DNA from: Chthoniobacterales bacterium
GTDB taxonomy: Bacteria > Verrucomicrobiota > Verrucomicrobiia > Chthoniobacterales > UBA6821
Reading direction: 5' to 3'
Length of the DNA: 64,000 bases
Assembly (NCBI GenBank): GCA_019747735.1
Contig: JAIEQL010000007.1
Span: 10,456 to 74,455 of the forward strand
The notes below the pieces were generated by a model. That model was not told the origin of the DNA. It did not search any database and saw only the letters and a list, made by a program, of their open reading frames with translations. A program made the position numbers and the translations under genes. Numbering within the stretch: the first letter of the stretch is position 1; the number at the start of each line of letters is the position of its first letter. Of the stretch, positions 24,913-34,413 are shown in pieces.

Positions 24913-25694
24913 AATTACCATCATCTCAACGTCGTATCCACCGTCTTCGTGCCAAAGCAGCTGCTGCTGATGGTTCCGCTTTTGAAGATTATGGACAAGA
25001 ACCTAACATGAAACTCTCACACGCTTTTCTTGTTGTCTTAGCGCTTCATATCATTGCTGTAGGAGGGTTGTTTGCTTTTAATAAAGTGAAAGCTCATCAC
25101 GCTCTCTCTACGGTAAAAATAAAAACAGAGAATGCTCTGGAATCCTCTGTTGCTGGCTCTTCAGAAGCGGCTCCATTGAGTGCACAGGGAGCGGAAAAAA
25201 AGGGAATTTCCTCTCATTCACCTAGCGCAACAGCAGGGCTGCTTCATGCTGCGCCAATGGAGATGCCTGCCAATACACCCTCTGCACCTCCTGCAACCAC
25301 GATGCCACCCCTTGCTCAAACTCCTGGTGGTTCAGGGATTCCACCAACGCCACCACCCTCATCTTCTTCTGCGATTCCAGCAGTTGTTGCTCCTACTACT
25401 CCCGAAGCCACTCCCACGGCGGCAACAACTGAGTATACGGTTGTCAAAGGGGATAATCCTTACAAAATTGCAAAGAAATTTCATGTGAGCTATGACAGCC
25501 TCATGAAGATCAACAACATTACTGATCCCCGCAAAATTCAAATTGGTCAGAAATTGCAGATCCCTGCTCCTCTGCCAACAGCCTCTCACAAGGTTCCGGG
25601 ATCACCCTCTCATCAAGCTTCATCGACAGCTTCCCATAAAGCTGCAACATCGCTTCACAAAGTGGCTAAGAAGAAAACGAAACACTCTGGCTAG
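24909..25694 (+). CDS. membrane-anchored LysM-domain protein (no catalytic domain recognised)
   Basis: TM LSHAFLVVLALHIIAVGGLFAF, a Pro/Ala/Thr/Ser linker, LysM YTVVKGDNPYKIAKKFHVSYDSLMKINNITDPRKIQIGQKLQIP and a basic SHK-repeat tail. The start overlaps the murD stop. Confidence 0.75.
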   Translation: MKLPSSQRRIHRLRAKAAAADGSAFEDYGQEPNMKLSHAFLVVLALHIIAVGGLFAFNKVKAHHALSTVKIKTENALESSVAGSSEAAPLSAQGAEKKGISSHSPSATAGLLHAAPMEMPANTPSAPPATTMPPLAQTPGGSGIPPTPPPSSSSAIPAVVAPTTPEATPTAATTEYTVVKGDNPYKIAKKFHVSYDSLMKINNITDPRKIQIGQKLQIPAPLPTASHKVPGSPSHQASSTASHKAATSLHKVAKKKTKHSG

Positions 25695-25731
25695 AGTCGT
25701 TACTGCTAACTAGCATCAGATTCTCGTTTTC

Positions 25732-26877
25732 ATGCAACGTAACGCCGTTTATCTCTTGCTTCTTTCTGTAGTTGCTCTCATTGCGCTTGGTACGGTGATG
25801 CTTTTTAGTACCAGCGCCTTTGCCCAAGATAGTCATGGCGACATTTATTATTTTGTGAAACGGCAAGTGCTTTGGCTGGGAATCGGCATGGTTGCTTGTG
25901 TGGCAACTTCTCTCACTGATTACCATTTTTGGAGAAAAACGTGGGGGATCTGGTTTGGAGCGGCTCTCTTTTTGTTAGCCTGTTGTTTTGTGCCTCATCT
26001 GGGTATGCGGATTAATGGCTCGTGGCGTTGGTTGAATTTGCGCGTGGTGGTTTTTCAACCCAGTGAACTCGGAAAAATTGCTTCGGTTTTTTTTATGGCG
26101 TGGTGGTTTTCTCGTGAGCAGGTCAAGAGTGGTTCTTTTTTACAAACGCTTGTTATTCCTCTTGCCATTATTTTTCTTCCCATGGCTCTTATTGGCGCGG
26201 AAGTGGACCTTGGCACAACGGCCCTGATTGGCACAATGGCTCTTGCCATTATGTTTGTGGGAGGCACACGTGGTCTTTATCTTTTTCCGATTCTGGGTGG
26301 AGGTATTGCCGGATTGATAGCGATCATCCATCTCATTCCAGAACGAGCTGCTCGTTTGATGACCTTTTTGCATCCTGAGTCAGATAAGTTGGGAAAAGGA
26401 CTCCAGCAATGGCAAGCCTTGATTGCCTTCGGGTCTGGTGGTATCGAGGGACTGGGCCTCGGGGAGGGGCGCCAAAAGATGCTCTATCTTCCCTATGCCC
26501 ATACCGATTTTATTTTTCCGATGATTGGAGAAGAGCTTGGTCTGAGAGCCACATGGGGAGTGATTTTTTGTTACCTCCTCATTCTTTTTTGCGGGGGACT
26601 CATTGCTGCTAATGCTCGCGATATCTTTGGAAAACTCTTGGCTATCGGACTTGTTTTTCTTATTTCTCTCCAAGCCATCGTCAATATAGGGATGACAATT
26701 TCATTGCTACCTAACAAAGGCATGCCACTCCCCTTTATCAGCTATGGCGGGTCTAATCTGGCTGCATGCCTATTCATGGTGGGTATTTTAGTCAACATTC
26801 ATCGAGGTGGCCTTCCTCTGGTGATGCCGGAAGAGGGGGCTGCGATCTTGGGCGGACGTGCTATTCCGAGGTTTTAG
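25732..26877 (+). CDS. ftsW: SEDS-family peptidoglycan polymerase FtsW
   Basis: 10-TM SEDS profile, YAHTDFIFPMIGEELG and LPFISYGGSNL. dcw context. Confidence 0.88.
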   Translation: MQRNAVYLLLLSVVALIALGTVMLFSTSAFAQDSHGDIYYFVKRQVLWLGIGMVACVATSLTDYHFWRKTWGIWFGAALFLLACCFVPHLGMRINGSWRWLNLRVVVFQPSELGKIASVFFMAWWFSREQVKSGSFLQTLVIPLAIIFLPMALIGAEVDLGTTALIGTMALAIMFVGGTRGLYLFPILGGGIAGLIAIIHLIPERAARLMTFLHPESDKLGKGLQQWQALIAFGSGGIEGLGLGEGRQKMLYLPYAHTDFIFPMIGEELGLRATWGVIFCYLLILFCGGLIAANARDIFGKLLAIGLVFLISLQAIVNIGMTISLLPNKGMPLPFISYGGSNLAACLFMVGILVNIHRGGLPLVMPEEGAAILGGRAIPRF

Positions 26878-26945
26878 CTAGGAAGGGATATCTTTCCTAT
26901 TCGATTTGACATCCCTTGACAGTATTTAGTAGCGTACTGGGTCCT

Positions 26946-27818
26946 ATGAAACCCCAAGCGAAAAAGCTCGTTCAGTTTGATTGGGCCATTAAGACGCTCT
27001 TGAGACGAGAGGCTAATTTTCCCATTCTGGAAGGATTCTTATCGGAGCTGCTTCACACCACTGTGAAGATCGAGTCACTGCTAGAAAGCGAATCGAATAA
27101 AAGCCATTCTAAGGATAAATCAAATCGTGTTGATGTTTTTGCCAAGCTAGGAAATGGAGAGCGGGTGATTATTGAAGTGCAGTGTGAACGCCAGTGGGAC
27201 TTCCTTTCACGCATGTTATATGGAGTTTCCAAAGTGGTGGTGGAGTATCTCAAAGAAGGGGATTCCTATGGCGTGATCCCACGGGTCATTTCTGTCAATA
27301 TTGTCTACTTCGACTTAGGCCAGGGAGAAGATTACATCTACCATGGCACTACTCATTTTAAGGGTATTCACAAAAAAGACTTGCTTCAGTTGAGTGAAAA
27401 AGAAAAAGAGCATTATCCAGCTAATGTCAATCAGCTCTCTCATGTGTTCCCAGAATATTACGTACTCAAAGTCAGCGGATTTGATCTCCATGTGCGTGAT
27501 ACGCTTGATGAATGGATTTATGCTTTGAAGGAATCAGAAGTGAAGCCTGAGTTCAAAGCCCAAGGCATTCGTGAAGCCTCACAACAGCTGACTCTTCTCA
27601 ATCTTTCTGAGGAAGAACGGGCCGCTTATGATCGTTACATTGGCGATATGAGAGTGTCTCGAAGCACGTTGGAATCTTCTTTCAGTGAGGGGAAGGCTGA
27701 AGGCAAGGCTGAAGTTGTTCTCAACATGCATCAGTTGGGTTTGCCAATAGCTGAAATTGCTAAGCTTGCCAAACTTTCACTGGAACAAGTAGAAGGGATT
27801 TTGAAATTAGCAGCATAA
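26946..27818 (+). CDS. Rpn-family recombination-promoting nuclease / PD-(D/E)XK putative transposase
   Basis: PD-(D/E)XK core RVDVFAKLGNGERVIIEVQCE and a C-terminal helical tail with a KAEGKAEGKAE repeat (DUF4351-like). The ATG at 26946 is preferred over the TTG at 26916. Confidence 0.7.
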   Translation: MKPQAKKLVQFDWAIKTLLRREANFPILEGFLSELLHTTVKIESLLESESNKSHSKDKSNRVDVFAKLGNGERVIIEVQCERQWDFLSRMLYGVSKVVVEYLKEGDSYGVIPRVISVNIVYFDLGQGEDYIYHGTTHFKGIHKKDLLQLSEKEKEHYPANVNQLSHVFPEYYVLKVSGFDLHVRDTLDEWIYALKESEVKPEFKAQGIREASQQLTLLNLSEEERAAYDRYIGDMRVSRSTLESSFSEGKAEGKAEVVLNMHQLGLPIAEIAKLAKLSLEQVEGILKLAA

Positions 27819-27844
27819 CTTCCTAAGTTTTGCAAGAGCGATTA

Positions 27845-30787
27845 TTACGCAGTAAGCAACTGCCTCAAAATAAAAGGCAAGATTCCTCCGTGTTTGTAAT
27901 ACTCAATTTCAATAGGAGTATCGATGCGGACTAGAACCGGAATCTCCTCGCTTTGCCCATTAGCCCTCGTGCATAACTCTACTGCTGACGCGCATTGCGT
28001 CGTCGCTCCAGTGCTCACTCCCTCGAGTACCTTATGTACACTTAGTTGCTGTGCGCTGGAGGCTTCTGGCACTGCATCGCCAGCAGCGAATTCTACAAGA
28101 GGTCTATTTTTTCTAGTGATGCGCAGGATTGCTTCCTGGCGAGGTTGGAGTTTTTCAGAGAGTCCTAAGAGATCGTAAGTTTCTGTCCCATTAAGGTTGA
28201 GGGATTGCGCAGAAATTCCTTCTAAAAACTGTAGTGGCAAGACCCCCATGCCAATCAGGTTGGAGCGATGAATTCGCTCATAGCTACTGGCAATGACTGC
28301 CCGGACGCCAAGGAGTCGTGTCCCTTTAGCAGCCCAATCACGGCTGCTCCCTGTTCCATACTCTTGCCCTGCAATCACCAGGAGAGGAGTTTTTTCTGCG
28401 GCATAACGCAGCGCAGCATCATAAATGCTCATGCGTGTCTCTTCTGGTTGATGAAGTGTTTCGCCTCCTTCCACCCCTGGTAGTATGAGGTTTTTGATGC
28501 GAACGTTTGCAAAAGTACCACGCGTCATCACACGATCATTGCCGCGACGGCTTCCATAGCTGTTAAAATCTTCTGCCTTGACGCCTTGCTCTTTTAAGAA
28601 AAGACCAGCAGGTCCTTGCTGCTTGATAGCACCAGCCGGAGAAATATGGTCTGTAGTCACGGAGTCTCCAAAGATTGCTAACGCACGTGCGTTTGTAATT
28701 TCTGGAATAGGCTCAGGCTTCATTGAGAAGTGTTCGAAAAAAGGTGGCTCCTGAATGTAAGTGCTCTTTTCGTTCCAGAGATAGGTAGCTCCTGAGGTTG
28801 AGGGAATCTCATTCCAGGCAGGATTGTGTGCAGCAAAGTCAGAGTAGTATTGCTGAAAAACTGCTGGTGAAAGGGCATCCTGTAGCGTTGCTCGAATTTC
28901 AGCGAGACTAGGCCAGAGATCGCGGAAAAAAACGGGTTGTTTATTTTTTCCAAAACCAACTGGTTCTGTTGCCAGGTCGATATTCACACGTCCTGCTAAG
29001 GCGAAGGCAACAACAAGTGGTGGCGACATCAAGAAGTTGGCCTTAATGGCAGGATGAATACGTGCCTCAAAATTACGATTTCCCGAGAGGACTGCAGCAG
29101 CAACCAAATCATGTTCTTGGATGGCTTTTTCTATTGAAGGATGAAGTGGCCCAGAGTTGCCAATACATGTTGTGCAGCCATAACCTACGGTTTCAAAACC
29201 GAGTTGATCCAAGTAGGATTGCAATCCTGTTTTTTGAAGATAGTGAGTCACTACTCGAGATCCTGGAGCCAGAGAGGTTTTGACAGTGGGATTGACTCTT
29301 AAGCCATATTCTACGGCTTTTTTAGCGAGTAGCCCAGCAGCTAACATAACGCTAGGATTGCTAGTATTTGTACAGCTGGTAATGGCGGCAATGAGAACGC
29401 TCCCATGATGAATTTCTAATCCATTTTCATGGAAAGGAGATTCTGGCATTTGTTTAACAGGATCCGGGGTGGGGCGATCTAAGATCATTTCCTGTTCATC
29501 ATGCGGAAGTAGTGAGGCTCCAGAAGAAAGAGAGAACCGCTCTTTGAGCAGTTTCTTGCTCTTGCCGTAACCACCTTCAGAAACATTTTTTTCAAAGAGT
29601 GTCTCCAATGTTGGTTTTAATTGAGAGAGTTCAATTTGATCTTGTGGTCGCTTAGGCCCAGCCACACTTGGTTTGACGCTGCCAAGATCGAGGGAAAGAT
29701 CCACGCTGTAATCAATGTCACCAGCTTGTGGCATGCCAAAAAGTCCTTGTGCTTTAAAATAATTTTCAAAAACGGCGCACTCTTCTGTACTGCGTCCTGT
29801 TGCCTTGAAATAAGCAACGGATTCTTGATCGACAGGAAAAATGCCCATTGTGGCTCCATATTCAGGGGCCATGTTGGCAATGGTGGCGCGATCGGGAGAG
29901 GTTAACTTTGCTGCCCCTTGGCCATAGAACTCAACAAATTTGTTCACTACCTTGGCAGCTCGTAAAAAGTGGGTCATGTGCAGCGCAAGGTCTGTGGCAG
30001 TGACCCCTTCTGCGAGTTCTCCTGTGAGATGGACTCCGACAACCTCAGGGGTTAGGAAATAAACAGGTTGGCCGAGCATGCCTGCTTCTGCCTCAATACC
30101 GCCAACTCCCCATCCAACAATACCCAGCCCATTGACCATCGTTGTGTGAGAGTCTGTTCCCAGCACGGTGTCAGGATAATAGAGTTCTCCTTGTGAGAGG
30201 GACTGGTGAAGGACTCCTTTTGCCAAATATTCTAAATTGACTTGGTGCACGATCCCAATTCCTGGAGGGACAATACGAAAGGTTTTAAAAGCTTGTTGTC
30301 CCCATTTGAGAAATTCATAACGCTCTCGGTTGCGCTGAAATTCCATTTCTAAGTTGAGGTCGATAGCATCGGCTCTTCCGTAGTAATCAACCTGCACAGA
30401 GTGATCGACCACCAGATCAACTGGCACCAACGGTTCTACAATCGAAGGATTGCCACCTAGTCGTAACACTGTGCTACGCATGGCAGCCAAGTCGACAAGG
30501 AGTGGAACGCCCGTAAAATCTTGCAATACGATACGCGCAACGACAAAAGGAACCTCCTTTGCTGCTGTTTTTTTGGCATTCCATTTCGCCAAGTCCATGA
30601 CATCTTGCTGAGTGATTTTGCGACCATCACAATTTCTTAAGACCGACTCAAGCACGACCCGAATACTAAAAGGAAGCCGTGAAATCGGCCCTGCACCTTG
30701 CTTCTCGAGTTCTGGTAACGAATAGAAAAACCCTTTTTTACCAGGAGTGATTTCAAAGGTGGAAAGAACGTCGAAAGGATCGGTCAT
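27845..30787 (-). CDS. acnA: aconitate hydratase A carrying a 49-codon repeat-derived insertion near the C-terminus
   Basis: [19 protein letters not shown] and SGNRNFEAR Fe-S ligand motifs. The ORF is 980 aa, and the excess length is accounted for by the inserted 49-aa segment. Confidence 0.93.
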   Translation of the reverse strand: MTDPFDVLSTFEITPGKKGFFYSLPELEKQGAGPISRLPFSIRVVLESVLRNCDGRKITQQDVMDLAKWNAKKTAAKEVPFVVARIVLQDFTGVPLLVDLAAMRSTVLRLGGNPSIVEPLVPVDLVVDHSVQVDYYGRADAIDLNLEMEFQRNRERYEFLKWGQQAFKTFRIVPPGIGIVHQVNLEYLAKGVLHQSLSQGELYYPDTVLGTDSHTTMVNGLGIVGWGVGGIEAEAGMLGQPVYFLTPEVVGVHLTGELAEGVTATDLALHMTHFLRAAKVVNKFVEFYGQGAAKLTSPDRATIANMAPEYGATMGIFPVDQESVAYFKATGRSTEECAVFENYFKAQGLFGMPQAGDIDYSVDLSLDLGSVKPSVAGPKRPQDQIELSQLKPTLETLFEKNVSEGGYGKSKKLLKERFSLSSGASLLPHDEQEMILDRPTPDPVKQMPESPFHENGLEIHHGSVLIAAITSCTNTSNPSVMLAAGLLAKKAVEYGLRVNPTVKTSLAPGSRVVTHYLQKTGLQSYLDQLGFETVGYGCTTCIGNSGPLHPSIEKAIQEHDLVAAAVLSGNRNFEARIHPAIKANFLMSPPLVVAFALAGRVNIDLATEPVGFGKNKQPVFFRDLWPSLAEIRATLQDALSPAVFQQYYSDFAAHNPAWNEIPSTSGATYLWNEKSTYIQEPPFFEHFSMKPEPIPEITNARALAIFGDSVTTDHISPAGAIKQQGPAGLFLKEQGVKAEDFNSYGSRRGNDRVMTRGTFANVRIKNLILPGVEGGETLHQPEETRMSIYDAALRYAAEKTPLLVIAGQEYGTGSSRDWAAKGTRLLGVRAVIASSYERIHRSNLIGMGVLPLQFLEGISAQSLNLNGTETYDLLGLSEKLQPRQEAILRITRKNRPLVEFAAGDAVPEASSAQQLSVHKVLEGVSTGATTQCASAVELCTRANGQSEEIPVLVRIDTPIEIEYYKHGGILPFILRQLLTA
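27959..28105. repeat. PE-A element (147 bp, 49 codons) inserted in-frame in acnA
   Basis: The DNA ctactgctgacgcgcattgcgtcgtcgctccagtgctcactccctcgagtacc...ctgcatcgccagcagcg is homologous to 13333-13474 (same orientation) and 2050-2195 (reverse). Imperfect terminal IR 27962-27987 pairs with 28079-28105. Confidence 0.85.
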
Positions 30788-30860
30788 GGGTAGTGGTGGA
30801 TTAAGGTTATTTAGAATGAAAATTCGTAACTACCAACGTAATCTTTAAGCGAAGAAATTC

Positions 30861-31017
30861 ACAGGGATAGAAGCGATTGAAGGGATGGCAGAAAAAAATG
30901 AATTTTCTTAAAAAGTTTCCTTCCCTTTTTTTCTTTGTGTTCTTTTGTGGCTATTTCTTATCCTTATTTTGAACAGTGATCCCACTTCTTCATCCCTTCA
31001 ATCGCTTCTATCCCTGT
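30861..31017. repeat. 157-bp element with a perfect 27-bp terminal IR between bcp and acnA
   Basis: acagggatagaagcgattgaagggatg (30861-30887) pairs with catcccttcaatcgcttctatccctgt (30991-31017). A solo arm fragment cttctatccctgt recurs near 63826-63838. Confidence 0.9.
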
Positions 31018-31028
31018 TAATAGTTTTT

Positions 31029-31535
31029 CTATTTCAGCTCAGCCAACTTCGCTTTGATTTTTTCAAAGTTGGGGAGCTGTTTGGGATCATCATTGACCTC
31101 TGCATATTGAATGATCCCTGCGCGGTCGATAAGGAAAGCAGAGCGTTTGGGCACCCCGCTCATGCCAAGGCCAATCTCGGGAAGAAAGCTTTCGTAAGCG
31201 ATTCCATAGGCCGTGGCAACGTGATGCTCGTAATCACTGAGCAAGGGGACCTTGATTTTTTCTTTTGCTGCCCAAGCTTCTTGAGCAAAAGGATTGTCCC
31301 CACTAATGCCATACACAGTAGTGTTCAAATTGGCATAAAGAGAGAGTTCCGAAGTAACCGTGCAGAATTCTTTCGTGCAAACAGGGGTAAAGGCCATAGG
31401 AACAAAAAGGAGAAGAACTGATCCTTTTTGATAGCTTTCACTGAGGGTTATTTTTTTTGGACCTTCTGCTGTTGTTGTAGAGAGGGTGAAATTAGGTGCT
31501 GCATCGCCAACGGAGAGGGAGAGTTTTTGTGACAT
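31029..31535 (-). CDS. bcp: peroxiredoxin, BCP/PrxQ-like
   Basis: AhpC/TSA fold with the FTPVCTKEFC motif (two Cys spaced by four residues). Confidence 0.8.
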   Translation of the reverse strand: MSQKLSLSVGDAAPNFTLSTTTAEGPKKITLSESYQKGSVLLLFVPMAFTPVCTKEFCTVTSELSLYANLNTTVYGISGDNPFAQEAWAAKEKIKVPLLSDYEHHVATAYGIAYESFLPEIGLGMSGVPKRSAFLIDRAGIIQYAEVNDDPKQLPNFEKIKAKLAELK

Positions 31536-31592
31536 AAAAAGAATGAATGCGAAGAGTGAGTATGGTTAAATTACTGCTCTACTTTTAGAACA

Positions 31593-31988
31593 ATGAGACC
31601 AAAGGCACAAAGAAAAAACGAACTACCAATGGGAAAGCACAAAAAATGGATGAGCTTGGTGAACTTTGTTTATGCCATTGAAGGGGTTCTTTTTTTAATG
31701 AAGACGGAGCGCAATCCCGTGATCTATTTAGTCTTTATGTTTATTCTCGGTGTGCTCGGTATTCACTGTCATCTGACGCTTCACGAATGGATCGCCCTCA
31801 TTATCCCGATGAGCCTTGTTTGGATGGCCGAAGCACTGAATACCGCCATTGAATTATTGGCTGATGAGATTAGTGAAGAAAAGCGAGAGCGCCTCGGAAA
31901 AGCTAAAGATGTGGCTGCTGGAGGAGTGCTTCTTGCAGCGTTAGGGATGGCGGCGGTGGTGGTGATTGTATTCTTACCACATCTTTAG
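31593..31988 (+). CDS. dgkA: diacylglycerol kinase (DgkA family)
   Basis: Three TMs and the conserved MAEALNTAIELLADEI...AKDVAAGGVLL block matching the E. coli DgkA EILNSAIE...AKDMGSAAVL block. Alternative start at 31629. Confidence 0.85.
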   Translation: MRPKAQRKNELPMGKHKKWMSLVNFVYAIEGVLFLMKTERNPVIYLVFMFILGVLGIHCHLTLHEWIALIIPMSLVWMAEALNTAIELLADEISEEKRERLGKAKDVAAGGVLLAALGMAAVVVIVFLPHL

Positions 31989-32006
31989 ATTTTAGTTAGG
32001 AAGCAC

Positions 32007-32120
32007 ATCAATCATTCATAAAAGTTTGAGTTATCAGTTTGACTATAAATAGGCGCTTCACGTTTTATTTTTAAAAATGCGCGAAGCGCGAAGAGGACTC
32101 AAACTCAAACTGGTAGCACT
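32007..32120. repeat. PE-C element (about 114 bp) between dgkA and the TPR gene (convergent)
   Basis: Left arm cataaaagtttgagttatcagtttgact. Right arm ggactcaaactcaaactggtagcactcaaactttct. Centre gcgcttcacgttttatttttaaaaatgcgcgaagcgcgaag. Confidence 0.85.
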
Positions 32121-32130
32121 CAAACTTTCT

Positions 32131-34413
32131 TCACTTTTCCCAAAGGAAATTATCTAGGCGCAACTTGCTAATTCTTGCTTGGGCTTCAGCTGCACGAGGC
32201 CCATTTTCAGCAGCAATTTGCTGATAGAGCCGAATCGCTTCACTCCATTGTTGCTGTTGTTCTAATAAACGAGCTGCCTCAAAAGCGGCCTTGTCGTGCC
32301 ATAGTGGCTCTGGTTCTTGCGAGGTATTGCTCTTCATCGCCTCATAATAAGCCGCTAGAGCAGCATCATTGTCTTTTAGTTTTTCTTCGATGAGTCCTAT
32401 TTTGCAGAGTGCTTGATTGCGCCAGTAAGCAGGGGTATCAGGTGTTTCGGCTAGTTGGCGCCAGACAGCAATAGCTGCTTGATAGTTTGCAGGATCCTTG
32501 GCTCCGAGCCCGCTGAGCGTATCTCCCTTGGCCATTTGGGCTGTTCTTTTTATTTCAAGAGGCGCTTCCTCTGAGGCTAAAATCTGATCATCAATAGCGA
32601 TAGCATCAAAAGGTAAAGCTTGAGCATTTTTTAAAGCCGCTTGCTCCAGACGTGCTTGCCAGAGGTCGGAGCCTGCCTTGCTACTTTGAGCGACTTCTTC
32701 AAGAAGCATGAGAGCATCGTCGATCGACTTGGAGTCCATACTGCGAGAGGCTGCTTGAGCAGCCAGGAGTAATGCTTGACGGCCTAATTCTGAAGAGGAT
32801 TCGGCTTTGCCCACCGTTTCAAGCTCCACGCGTGCCTCTCTAACATTACCAGAAGTTAATAATGCTTCTCCTAGTTTCATGCGCACCTCATTGGTAAAAG
32901 GGGAATTCGGATGGGTTTTTAAAAAAAGGTGTGCTGCTTGAATGACTTGAGCCGCACTGTTGCGGGTGCCTTTGTCACTATCGAGAATAGCAGTGTATTC
33001 TGCTTTTTCGGTAGTGCTTGCATTCTCTTGTTTGTCGGTAGCCGTGTTGGGAAAGCTAAGAGGGACTGTTTCTGATGAGGTTGCCATCATATGCACGAGC
33101 CCTTGATTGTAGAGGGCATCTGCAGCGAGATAGGAATCAAGAGAGGCGGCTTGTGTAAAGTCGTGTTCCGCTGCTTGGAGGTGGTTCAATGCAATTTCAG
33201 CTAGGCCGTGCTCAAAAGCATATTGTGCCTGCATAGCGGGAGTAAGATTGGTGTGATCATGAAGATAAGTAAGAGCACTGTTAGGGTCTCCTTCTGATAA
33301 TTTATTTTCAGCTAATTCTAACGACGCTTCTTCAGCAAGTGGGTGATGAGGATAAGTAGCTAGAAAAAAAAGAAGCAGTTGATCTGCCTGATCACGATGG
33401 CCTAACCGTCGCATCATCCGTGTGTAAGGAAGAAAGGCGTAAGAAGCACGCAAAGGTTGCGAGGTATCCTGGCTCCATCTAGAAAGCGAGCTCACGTCAT
33501 TGCTATTTTGCAAAAGTAAGAGTTGCTCGTATTGAGCCATTAATTCAGGGATGCGAGGCGACTTAGGATTTTCTTGAAGATACTTTTCTAACAATGGTTG
33601 GGCTTGTGCAGGTTGATGAAGAGCAATATCGCAAGCAATCATTCCCGAGAGAGTTGCTGAGGAGACCCAGTCGTTTTTCAAAGGAAGAGAGCTCCATCGT
33701 TGTAGGGCCTCTGAGGCATCACCTCTAGCCCAAGCAGCAAGAGCAAAGAGATAAGCGAGGCGTGGTTCTTTGAGCAGTTCCGGTTTTTGTTGCAAGAGTT
33801 CTTCGGCTTCTCCTGTGCGATGAAGAGCTAGTAGTAGGGCTACCCGTTCTTGTAGTGCTACGGCTCCCATGGATGAAGTCGTAGAGAGAGGCTCCAGTTC
33901 TTTCAGGGCTTGATCATATTCCTTATGATCTCGAGCAATACGTGCTAGGGCGATGTGAGTGGCATCACGGCAGACCTGTGGCAATCGAGGTGCGTTGAGG
34001 ATTTGTTCAAAGAGTTTTTGCGCTTCTGCTGAAGCTCCTTGCGCAAGCAGCGCTTGAGCTTTCCAAAATACAACCATCTCATCGAGCTTGTCCGTTTCTT
34101 GAGGGGTAAGATCACTTGAATTTAAGAGGGTGAGCGCCTCTTCAGGTTTGCCTTCTGTTAAGAGAATTTCTGCAAGCCTCAAGGCAATCGCTGGACGTTT
34201 TTTGGGATCAGTTTCTTGTTGTAGTTGGGTGCGTAAGATAGAAGTTGAGATTTGTGGCAAGTCTTCAGAGGCAGCATGAGCAGCAAGATCATTGTTAGAA
34301 GCAGTAGAGACCGTTGGAGTCAATGCTGCTTGGGAGTTGGTTTCTTGAGCAGGCGCTGATGCTAAAAAAACCACTAAGAAAAAAATGAGGGCAAGAATAT
34401 TATTTTTCATCAA
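32131..34413 (-). CDS. secreted TPR-repeat protein (760 aa)
   Basis: Signal peptide and a helical repeat character with Ala/Leu/Gln richness throughout. Overlaps the lpxI 3' end by 14 nt. Confidence 0.7.
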   Translation of the reverse strand: MMKNNILALIFFLVVFLASAPAQETNSQAALTPTVSTASNNDLAAHAASEDLPQISTSILRTQLQQETDPKKRPAIALRLAEILLTEGKPEEALTLLNSSDLTPQETDKLDEMVVFWKAQALLAQGASAEAQKLFEQILNAPRLPQVCRDATHIALARIARDHKEYDQALKELEPLSTTSSMGAVALQERVALLLALHRTGEAEELLQQKPELLKEPRLAYLFALAAWARGDASEALQRWSSLPLKNDWVSSATLSGMIACDIALHQPAQAQPLLEKYLQENPKSPRIPELMAQYEQLLLLQNSNDVSSLSRWSQDTSQPLRASYAFLPYTRMMRRLGHRDQADQLLLFFLATYPHHPLAEEASLELAENKLSEGDPNSALTYLHDHTNLTPAMQAQYAFEHGLAEIALNHLQAAEHDFTQAASLDSYLAADALYNQGLVHMMATSSETVPLSFPNTATDKQENASTTEKAEYTAILDSDKGTRNSAAQVIQAAHLFLKTHPNSPFTNEVRMKLGEALLTSGNVREARVELETVGKAESSSELGRQALLLAAQAASRSMDSKSIDDALMLLEEVAQSSKAGSDLWQARLEQAALKNAQALPFDAIAIDDQILASEEAPLEIKRTAQMAKGDTLSGLGAKDPANYQAAIAVWRQLAETPDTPAYWRNQALCKIGLIEEKLKDNDAALAAYYEAMKSNTSQEPEPLWHDKAAFEAARLLEQQQQWSEAIRLYQQIAAENGPRAAEAQARISKLRLDNFLWEK

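Noticed and set aside
25180-25488. 102-aa alternative-frame ORF inside the LysM protein gene
   Set aside because: It lies in the low-complexity Pro/Ala-coding region, which is open in several frames. The LysM frame is supported by the TM and LysM domains and by coupling to murD.
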